In this document: piece after piece, positions 11,021 to 20,000 of the stretch | Position numbering within the stretch: position 1 is the first letter of the stretch | Layout of the letters: every line of letters starts with the position of its first letter | Assembly (NCBI GenBank): GCA_045837725.1 | Contig: JBEWZL010000121.1 | Location: 432,256 to 452,255, forward strand | Reading direction: 5' to 3' | DNA from: Vermamoeba vermiformis | Lineage: Eukaryota | DNA: 20,000 bases | Notes under the pieces: model-generated | Database searches by the model: none | Seen by the model: the letters and a program-made list of their open reading frames with translations, nothing else | Told to the model about the DNA's origin: nothing | Translations under genes and position numbers: made by a program

Positions 11021-14000
11021 TTACGAAATTTCCATAGTATCACTTAAGAAAGGGTGTTGAAGGCATTCGTCAGTGCTTATGCGTCGATCTGGATCCCATC
11101 GTAACATCCGTTGAAGAAGATCCACTACATAATACATATTAGCCACCATTATATATATTGGCTACTAACCTCCTTCCTCTGTGGCTAATCCACTCAACTC
11201 TCCTTGTTTAACTTTCATAATTAACAATTCGCGTGTCACCTTTGATCGGATCCGTATGCCGTACATCTACCACAACTTTATTAGCCTATAATATTGCTAT
11301 ATATATCCATACCTTCTCAGCACAGACAAGACCAGCTGAGAAAACGTCCATTTTGTTCGTTTGAGGGTTGTTGTAAATTCTTTCCGGCGCAAAGTAGACT
11401 GCCGTGCCACCATGAAAATAACGGCAAGTGCAGCCCTCTGGAACTTCCACAGTAAACTATGATATTGAAACATAAATATACTGCAACATAATGCAAGTAT
11501 TTTACTTACACCAAAGTCAATCAGTTTGATCTCGTTTGTTGCAGGATCCACCATAACATTGTCGTGCTTGATGTCACCATGAATAAAGCCTTGAAAGTGC
11601 ATGTAATCCAATGCCTTAATTAGGATAATACTACATGTCAATATGATGATGCATGAACTAATACAAGATGATCATACCTCTAAAAATCCATGCATAAATT
11701 GCTTCAACTGGTGCAGATCTTTGTAATCAGGAAGGGGCAACAACAATTCCAGCCATAATTGCACCTTGCTGTTCCATCTGGTAATCTCATCGCGTACTCG
11801 CTTCACAATTCCTGAGCCTTCAACAGCAATGTTAGTTTGAGTCTGCAGAGTGCTGACTAGATTGCAATCTTGCTACTTGATCACAATCATTTGATGAACT
11901 GTACCTGGAAGTCTTCTTATTACTCCTGCTTCATGATATGCCGTGGATGCAGAATCGAATTCTTTGATAGCGATCTCCTTGCCACTAACTTCATCAAAGC
12001 AACGGTACACTCGTGTGACACATCCCTAGGATTAGGAATTAGTCTAGCTTCACTATTTGTTAATAATCAATAATACTGAGTAGATAAGGCCTTCCTTCTG
12101 TAGCAGTTGATTCGTGATCTTCTCATAGTGATTGACATTGCTCTGGTTGTTAGGCAATGTTTGGGCCTGTTTCTGATCTGTTTTAAATCTGTTGTGGTCA
12201 GGACCTTCATTGTCATTCTTTCTTTTCTTCAGCTCACTATCATGATGATATTTTCTCTTTGTGCCCTGTTTGCCCTTTTCATTTGAGTCTGTCTTGTTTT
12301 GCTCCTCTGCCTTCTTCACTTGCTTTTTCTTGTGATGATCAGCAGTTGTTTGTGCAGTCAAAATCATGGTCGCATCTTCAACAGCACTATTCATCTGATC
12401 AAGTGTCTTTGGTACCAATTTCAATGTTTGAGAAGTCTGGTATGCTGCCAAACGTGCCATCACAACACCAAATTGGAGCCATGTAATGTAGTTCTGTGTT
12501 AGCTTGAAGTTGGACACACAATGTGCTTGGTATTTAAATTTCAGATCATCATCGTTTGTATTCTCGAGTACAAACACTTGCCAATTGTGTTGTCTGACAT
12601 AGAAGCCAAGTGTAAAATGACGAGGCTTCTGGTAGAATTTTTCTTCTAAATCTCTTATCATGGCCATCTCGATCAGTAATTTAACACTAATAGAACATTA
12701 ACAACATTGTTTTTCTAAATATTCAGTACTTACATGTCAGTTTTGTCATACTCCTCTCCTTGACATTCAACCACAATGTGTGGCAAAACAGATTCTCCCA
12801 TGAGTGGAAGCCATGTAGATTTGTTTGACAATAATTTTTCCAAAAAATTTGTCATTGGATGTTCTATACGAGCAGACACCGTGCTCTCTTTGATGTCAAC
12901 ACACCAATGTGAGGCTGCCAAATCAGGCTTAACTGAACAAGCTGTGTCAAATTCTGGATGATGGTAAAGCTTGTGGTATTGCCTATAATAATAAGGTTAA
13001 AACTCTTTTTTGTACTGTTGCAAATACTTACGATTCAATGTTGCCAAAAATGTGACAAAATGCTCTTGCCATTGTTACAATCTTTGCCTTACTGGTGGTA
13101 GAGAAATTTGTCTCCTCAAATATGTATCTCAACGAATTGAAGTGCTGCTTCCATCTTGCATCATTAACATGAGTGATGGTCCAATCACCTTCAGTCATAT
13201 CATACTTGTCTTCCAATTTAATGACCTTTGTGATGTCACTAGGTGGTAAGTGCTCCATTTGCTCTTCGTGCATTGGGATCTTGCTGACATCAAACACAAG
13301 CCAAGGGAACTTCGGCAGAGACTCTTGCATCATCGTATTATTAAAAGATGTATCTGCTTCGATGTCATAATGTATTTTTGCTTTGGCTAAGTGAGTCGCA
13401 TTGAATTTAAAGCTCGAAATGTCAGTTATGTCTTTTGTCTCATCCACGATCATCTGTTAAAACAGATTTAGTACAACCATAATATATATTCAAATGCAGC
13501 CTATAGGTACCTCTGTAATATAAGCGTATTTTGACGGAGTTGATTCATTAGGTTCGGATGCAGGTTTTTCAAACTGAGATTGCAATTGCGGGACGGTCAA
13601 AACATTGGTAGATATCACTAAATAAATAAATTAAATATATGTACTAAGCTTTGTAAGTTCAAAACGGCCTTACCGTGTTTTTTTGTTTCGGATTTGCTTT
13701 GAGCGCCATTTTCCGTCGTTTTTGCAGTCTTGGAACTAAGTTGCTTGGTAGGCTTCCTTGTATTGGTACCTTGAATAGGACGGTTGGTTTTATTCTTCGT
13801 CTCACCAGTTTTTGGTTTCGTTTCGGCTTTTGAGTTCGAACCTGCATCCGCATCAGATTTCGGATCCACTGTTGAAACGAAGATAAGTTCTGCTCCGTGT
13901 TTTTCGTACGATTTAATATGCTTCATATTATTATCTGCCAAACATCTTCGCAGGAGCTGGACCAATTCTTTCTTCCGCTTCGGTTGTTGAAGATCAGATC

Positions 14001-14100
14001 TTTGCTTGCGGTAATAATCCAATATTTGTCTTAATATTGGTACAGTAGTCTTCTTATTTTCTACCAGCTCTTTTATGCTCGGATGTGGTGCTTCTGACAT
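11021..14100 (-). CDS. SAP/HeH-like header + putative PD-(D/E)xK (restriction-endonuclease-fold) domain + C-terminal non-RD Ser/Thr kinase; Crinkler-like layout; 11 exons, about 841 aa
   Basis: Exons 14100-13674, 13617-13511, 13453-13032, 12982-12734, 12686-12077, 12025-11905, 11817-11678, 11614-11510, 11456-11313, 11266-11170 and 11124-11021 splice in phase with no stops. Kinase motifs IAIKE, HEAGV, HGDIKHDN, LIDFG, GTAVYFAPE, DVFSAG, DLLQRMLRWDPDRRIS, HPF. The kinase call is firm; header and nuclease calls are pattern inference. Confidence 0.85.
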
Positions 14101-14215
14101 TTAAAATACAATTGTTCTGACGAATCCGTTTTTTTGCATTTTGCGCGGGAATTTAAACGTTGGATCAACGAGAGATCTCTCGTTCCAGTTGATGGCATAA
14201 CGATTCACTATATCA

Positions 14216-15486
14216 TCATAGCGTCCAATTAAATGACTTTTGAGTGATAACAGCTGCTCCATATTCGCCGTATTTCTCTTGCGAGAATGCTGTTTTGACG
14301 CATCCGACAAAGCGAACAAAGAGCCGCCTATCCAAGTGACATAGAGTCTATCATATGTAGCCGTAATATCGATACTTGGTGCTGCATATTCGTGTCGTTC
14401 ATTAAACTGGATCAGATCTCGCGTTAATCTCTCGGTTAAATTTGGTAGCAATGAACATCCGCCAGACAACACTATATTCGACCAATATAGTTCTCTATAT
14501 TGTGGTTCTATATGAGCTATAGCCTGGCATATTGTCTCAACTAGTCCGCTGCTTTCTAATCCAACAAATGCCCGTCAAAAATTATTTCTGGCGCTCGAAA
14601 TCTTTCGCTATCTAAAGAAGGTTATTGTTAATTTTGTACTTATTATAATTATATATCTCTATATGCGTACTTATAGTCACTAAGCGTCCTTCGTTCGTGT
14701 TGTATTGTTGATCGAGCTCGTTTGTACTGCGAGATTTTTAGTGTCGCTTTGATAGTCCAATGTGACGTAACACAATTGTTCTTTTATATCTCGCACAATC
14801 TCCCGCTCAAAAATCGAAGGGAACGAATATCTATGGGACTTCATGTTAGTTCCGTGAAAAATACCGAATTGTCGGTCAATTGAAAATTAATGACTTATCA
14901 ACGCCTTACTAAGTAGAGTAATAGTATTTCTATAGCATATAGGGAAAATCTTCTCGTGAATTTTTGTCGTGTAAAAAATACTGACCCTTTCTCCACTAGT
15001 ATTTTCTGCAAATATTCAGTTACATCACGTCCTCCGACAGCATATGAAGACGATACATGGTGCACTAGTCGGCCTTCAGTGACGATAGATATTGATGTTG
15101 AACCGTCACCTGTAAATATAATGGTCAAAAAGTGGCTCAAAACCCGAGCGGATCCACTACTTCACAATATTACTCGTACGTTACATACTATCAAATACTA
15201 GTAATGTTATTATAATATATCGTACCCGAGTCTATGACTATTCCTGTATTCTTTCCCGCGTGATGAAGTGCAAGCACAGCTGGATCCGCCACGAGCAACG
15301 ATGGCAGGCAGAAATTTTCCAGCATGATCTCCGTTGTCTTTAAAAACGTTTTGTTCTCGTTTTGAGAGGATAGAGCAATTAATACGGGATATGCTTACGG
15401 TGCTACTTTCAACACTTCGTAAAAAGTGTGGTGCCAGATGTACTCGATGTCCGCCAAATCGTGATTCTCTCTGTTTCAAATAAGTC
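14216..15486 (-). pseudogene. Disrupted, divergent actin-like sequence (about actin residue 70 to C-terminus), 3 introns, no start of its own
   Basis: Reconstructed translation is colinear with actin: DLADIEYIWHHTFYEVLKVAP*AYPVLI...TEIMLENF...TGIVIDSGDGST...GGRDVTEYLQKILVEKGYSF...EREIVRDIKEQLCYVTLDY...SERFRAPEIIF...NIVLSGG...WIGGSLFA...YGEYGAAVITQKSF. Introns at 15225-15110, 14985-14831 and 14670-14612. Internal TAA at 15395-15397; frameshifts near 15461, 14737, 14572 and 14285. Confidence 0.88.
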
Positions 15487-16251
15487 CTATTCTTCATATG
15501 TACGTAGTGGTCTGTGTCCAGTTTTCGGATCAAATTCATCGCTCGTCCATAAAGTAACACTGTCTCGCATCAGGCCCAAAAATAAAGTGACGTCGCGATA
15601 GTCGTCCTCATTTAATGAATCTATTCTATTTACTGCTGCGTGGAATAATTCGCTGGCTATTGTTACAGCTCGCAAAGGATCGTTGAGCCGTTCATAAATA
15701 AAAGTTGAATATTCTAAAACGAATCCAAGTTTCACGCGATCCAAGTCGTCTAATTGCGTAGTATATTCCATTCCTGCTTCATATGCAATTTTAGCTTGAT
15801 TAATTGCGTTAATTCGGTCTTCGTCTCGCTTCAAATCCTGAATCTCTTTCCAATACTGGCCTTTTAATCTATAGAACGACACTATTTCAGCAATAGTTCG
15901 TGTCTTTGGCAGTACATCGTAGTCTATAATATTAATAGCCTCTAATATAATTTTTTCGTGCTCGTCTATCAATTTTTGTAAATAGATCTGACACAATTCC
16001 CACTGCCGATCCTTTGCTTTTGCGGCTAACCTAATCTCTTGACTACTGGTCTCTCTATAAGCAACTCTAAAGCGTCTAAAGTGCATCGACATTGCTATTG
16101 CAAACAGTCTACGCTCTTCGCTTGTAAACTCTCCATCCATTTTAGCAAGTTTTTTAATTCCTTGCCACATATCATCGAGCAGATCTGCTTGTTCAGCTAG
16201 GTTAATATTAAATACTATTTCTTCACGGATATTAATATTATTGGCTTCCAT
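15487..16251 (-). CDS. Divergent 14-3-3-like protein, intronless, about 254 aa
   Basis: Colinear with the 14-3-3 helices: LAEQADLLDDM (LAEQAERYDDM), EERRLF (EERNLL), LKGQYWKE (MKGDYYRY), LGFVLEYSTFIYE (LGLALNFSVFYYE), IDSLNEDDYRDVTLFLGLMRDSVTLWTSD ([29 protein letters not shown]). ATG at 16251. Confidence 0.9.
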   Translation of the reverse strand: MEANNINIREEIVFNINLAEQADLLDDMWQGIKKLAKMDGEFTSEERRLFAIAMSMHFRRFRVAYRETSSQEIRLAAKAKDRQWELCQIYLQKLIDEHEKIILEAINIIDYDVLPKTRTIAEIVSFYRLKGQYWKEIQDLKRDEDRINAINQAKIAYEAGMEYTTQLDDLDRVKLGFVLEYSTFIYERLNDPLRAVTIASELFHAAVNRIDSLNEDDYRDVTLFLGLMRDSVTLWTSDEFDPKTGHRPLRTYEE

Positions 16252-16357
16252 GGTCTTGTGTTGCAACGGTCAGATCAAAATAAATCTTTGTTTATTTTTC
16301 CGATTTCACTACCACGACTCTAACAGGTCGAATTGGCGTTATTATTACATATTTATC

Positions 16358-17568
16358 ATGGAGTGCCATTTGGACCTGCCGTCAGAGATATGGACTTCGA
16401 TTTTGGAATTTTTGGATGTCAAATCTGTCGCCGTATTCATTCCTCAAGTCAACAAATTATTTAATCAATTAAGTCTCGACGAAAAACTATGGAAGATTAA
16501 ATGCTTAGCAAAACGATTAGATTTTAAGATAAAAAAAGCGGATGAAACATTTAAACAATTTTGCTTGGCCTGTAAGTCTTGCTATTTCATTCTAATAGTA
16601 ACTAAATATTAATATTATACAATAAATCACTTAAGCAGGGTTGCATCAATGGCACCAAAAGACATCCAATTAATCTTTTTATTCCAGCCGATCCACCTCA
16701 ATTATTTCCTTTTCTTGGAATGGAAATAGGACATATAGCCACGGTCGAAGCTATAGAGAACAATAATCACAAGAAAGGGATTTCCACCGTAACTTTTCTT
16801 TTCGAACCAAATCTGCTTTTACGTCGGATTAATTTTTATCCAGGCCTTATTAAAGATATCACAACAACGTAGGTCCATATTAAAATACTTACCTTATTGC
16901 TGCACTCGATTCGTCAAATTAAAATTAAAATTATAAAATTCAGTACGCGTATTGAATTCGATCTTTAATTAACGTTTATATCCTTAGAGAGAAGCTCTTC
17001 AAGGCGTTTAATAATTTTGAGCGGCCGTGGTACGACTTATTGATATTTCTGCGCCGAAAATTTGGAAATTACAAGATGGCACCCTTGCCCAAATATCAGC
17101 CCATACGATTCTCCACTTTTTTTACAGCTGGCGTGCATACCATCGCGATGTATAAGGATGTTTATTATAGGATTGGTATTTCATTCAAAAGCGCTGGAAG
17201 TAAGTTCATTTTTCCGAAAATTCTGGATTTAGATCCGTACCAAACAAAGAAATACTTTCTTTAATACCATAAATAAATTAAATTTGCTGCTATTATTACT
17301 ATAGTATCATAAATAGGCGCAATAATTACATTTAAAGTGCTGGATCGTGCTTTTAGTTTCGGAAATATCTTTCAAACTAAGCAAATAACACTAATTATTA
17401 TTATTTTTCTCAGAAAATGAGCGCACATGCACCACAAGTCTCGTGACCATTGAAAGTCCCAGCGACAACGCGACAGCACTGACCTGGGCCGAGCAGTATC
17501 ACAACCGAACTTTAGAACCAGATAACTATGCCATTCCTGACGATGTGTTGTTGGCTTATAAAGACTAG
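16358..17568 (+). CDS. F-box protein with an unrecognised C-terminal region, 4 exons (16358-16571, 16639-16868, 16988-17199, 17414-17568); one frame discrepancy at about 16640, so possibly a pseudogene
   Basis: N-terminal LDLPSEIWTSILEFLDVKSVAVFIPQVNKLFNQLSLDEKLWKIKC fits the F-box pattern. Exons 2-4 splice in phase to TAG 17566-17568, but the exon 1/2 junction is off by one base. Confidence 0.72.
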
Positions 17569-17851
17569 TCGAATATAGCAATATATAGCGATATTAATGG
17601 AGCTGCTGGGAGATTTGGCTTTAAGATTAAAATGTGATTAAAAATGTGACACGTGTCAACCCTTGGAAAAGCAGGAGTACGGTGAATTAAGTCTGTATAA
17701 GCGTATGATTATAATAAGAAGCTTATAATTGTAATAATTAGGGTTTATTCCGTATTAATTGTGCGATCCGTTTCATTTGACAACAATTTTTTTGACTCAA
17801 ACGAGATTTTGAACAGCCAACGCATTTATTATTTATTTATTTATATGAACC

Positions 17852-20000
17852 ATGGCCAAGGGCTGCTTACTATGTTGCTATGACGCAACATTAGTGGTAG
17901 CAGTCTTTTGTTGGATGGTGGCTGTTGGCGCGTTTGTGGCCGGAGTTTCAGCTTACGCCTTCTATCAAGTGATAATAGGGTTTTGGATATTTATGGGCAT
18001 ATCATTGGCTCTATCTGTCGCAGGATATTTAATGTCAAGAAGAAGGCTCAGATGGCGCGATAATTCAAAACGGTCAAAAGGATGGAGTAAGGCAATTAAT
18101 TGCTTAATAATTCGTATCGCATTTTATAGTATTTTTTTACGTTAATAATAATGGTGAATAATAACGCAATCAAGAAAAATGTGTTGCGAATCTGTAGAAT
18201 ATTAATTTTAATTTTCTAATTATTATAGGATCGATTACCGAGCCACCAGTAGTGCAATATATTTATGTAGTATTAACTGGCACTGTATTGCTCGTTTTTT
18301 TCGGCTCCATTATTTGGATCACGCAATCTGAATACCGGCCGTTGCTTGACGTCAAGTTTTTAAGCCGTGGACAATTAAGCCATAATTCTGCTACATTTTT
18401 AATAAGAGATTCTGCTCGTACTTCAGTCGTAAGTCCATTTTGAATCAAATCTTTTTTTTATGTTTGCGCGGCTTAAGATCTGCTTTCAAATTACGGCATT
18501 TATGATATTAATTATAATATCAGATCATGTACTATCGTACCGTTGGCTCGCAACAATGGCAAGAAACAATTGAATTCGATTTAACTGAAGCCAGAGACTT
18601 TTTAGCGGGCATTACGCTTCAAAATTTAACGCCAGCAACAGATTATGAATTCCAAATTATATATGATAATGGCGAGTATACTAGTGATATACAGTCATTT
18701 AGGACGAGGCCTATTCCAAGTCCTAACGGCACTTACGCGTTCAAATTTGGATTTGGATCTTGCATCTACAAACAGACCGATCCTTTTTATAAGTAAGTCC
18801 TATATTTTAGTTTAAAATATTAATATTTACCTTATCATATTGTTTTTTTATGATATTAACGAGATTTAAAAAAAAAATTAACGGATGCAGGATCTAAAAA
18901 TCTCAAAATTAACTTATTTTATCGCTAGTATTAAGGCCATGGCAGAAGAAAATCAAGACTTCAATTTATTTCTCGGAGATTTCATTTACATTGACCACCC
19001 GTTCCCTCTAAACGCAAAAACATCGTTTTATCATTATCGCTACAGATCCGTACACAGCGACGAATATATCAGCCAATTATTGTCTTATCCGAGCTATTAT
19101 ATGCGTAAGTCATACATATATATTATTATTAATTTATCTAATCGAATTTTTTTCAGTGGACGATCATGAAATTGAAAATGACTGGGATAAAGGCACATCC
19201 GTAAGATTTTTATCAAATTTATTATTAATTCGATAATAAAATTGATAAATTTCATTTGCAGGGCAAATATTTCGACGCCATAGCGGCCTGGAAAGATTAT
19301 TGTGGCGTAAACAACCCGAAATTTAACGCCACGGCTCCCGAGAGTAAGACTTGCCTAATTAGGAAATATGAACTGATTTCTATTTTTAGATGTAGCGCAT
19401 TATTATAGCTTTGATATTGGCAGCGCTTCATTTTTTATCGTTGACACGCGAACTTTCAGATCTCCAAATCGCGAGGTAAATATCGCTTAATTAATTATAT
19501 AGCGTATTATATAGATCATATGCTAATGGTTTATTCATATTATAGCCCAATGATAGCGAAACTAAGACAATGTTGGGCGCAGATCAGTTACAGGATCTGT
19601 TCGCTTGGCTACTCAGTCATAATTCTTCGCAAATTAAGGTATAATAATTATAATTATATCAATCTAATCCATATATTAATAAGCTACTGATACTAAAAAT
19701 ACCATGATTTAATTTTTTAATTTTTTTTTAGTTCATCGGCACATCCGTCCCGTTCACTGAATTGACGGTCGGATCAGATGTTTGGTCTGGTCGCACAGTC
19801 GAGCGTCAAAAGATACTCGATTTCATCGTGCAGCACCACATCAACGGCATCGTGTTTTTGAGTGGTGACAGTCATTGGGCTGGGGCTTATAAATTGCGCA
19901 AAGGTAACTCAAGCAAATACATTTTCATTAAATTTAAAAATAATACGTACTGCTAGAAATAATATTATCTTGATTGCAAACAGCCGTAATTTTCTTTTTT
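17852..20000 (+). CDS. phoD: PhoD-family alkaline phosphatase/phosphodiesterase with three N-terminal hydrophobic helices and an FN3-like domain; multi-exon, 3' end outside the window
   Basis: Spliced translation gives ITLQNLTPATDYEFQI (FN3/PhoD_N-like), FGFGSC, LFLGDFIYID, LDDHEIENDW, FFIVDTRTFRS, TMLGADQLQDLFAWL, KFIGTSVPF, DVWSG...ERQKILDFI and IVFLSGDSHW: the PhoD metal-ligand motifs in order. Confidence 0.92.

Noticed and set aside
10744-11043. 99-aa minus-strand ORF
   Set aside because: It overlaps the kinase stop in another frame, has no ATG start or motifs, and is probably 3' UTR or intergenic.
14101-14472. Actin ORF running up to the kinase ATG, suggesting an actin-kinase fusion
   Set aside because: The extension results from the frameshift near 14285. 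The actin-like frame ends at TGA 14216-14218, and the shifted frame stops at 14101-14103.
15395-15489. TAA/TAG reassignment (alternative genetic code) explaining the stops in the actin-like region
   Set aside because: Wee1, the kinase and the F-box gene end at TAA/TAG, long exons elsewhere have no in-frame TAR codons, and the same region also has frameshifts.

Overview
AT-rich, intron-rich nuclear DNA of a microbial eukaryote (short GT-AG introns, CTAAY/CTGAY branch points). The sequence alone does not fix the lineage. Hand-spliced gene models in order: (1) a secreted multidomain protein with TSP1, PSI-like and Ig-like modules (minus strand, runs off the left edge, one apparent frameshift); (2) an EF-hand mitochondrial ATP-Mg/Pi carrier (SCaMC family); (3) Wee1 kinase, divergent from it, with an E2F-type site upstream; (4) about 2.5 kb of unexplained DNA holding a GC-rich hairpin island, short duplications and exon-like relics; (5) an intact 11-exon SAP/HeH + PD-(D/E)xK-like + kinase gene with a Crinkler-like layout; (6) a divergent, intronless 14-3-3 ORF that has lost most phosphopeptide-binding residues and runs directly into a decayed, spliced, N-terminally truncated actin-like sequence, apparently a former 14-3-3::actin fusion; (7) an F-box gene head-to-head with it; (8) a membrane-anchored PhoD phosphatase running off the right edge. 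The best novelty candidates are the 14-3-3::actin chimera, the SAP-nuclease-kinase protein and the tightly packed 11-17.6 kb cluster containing them.
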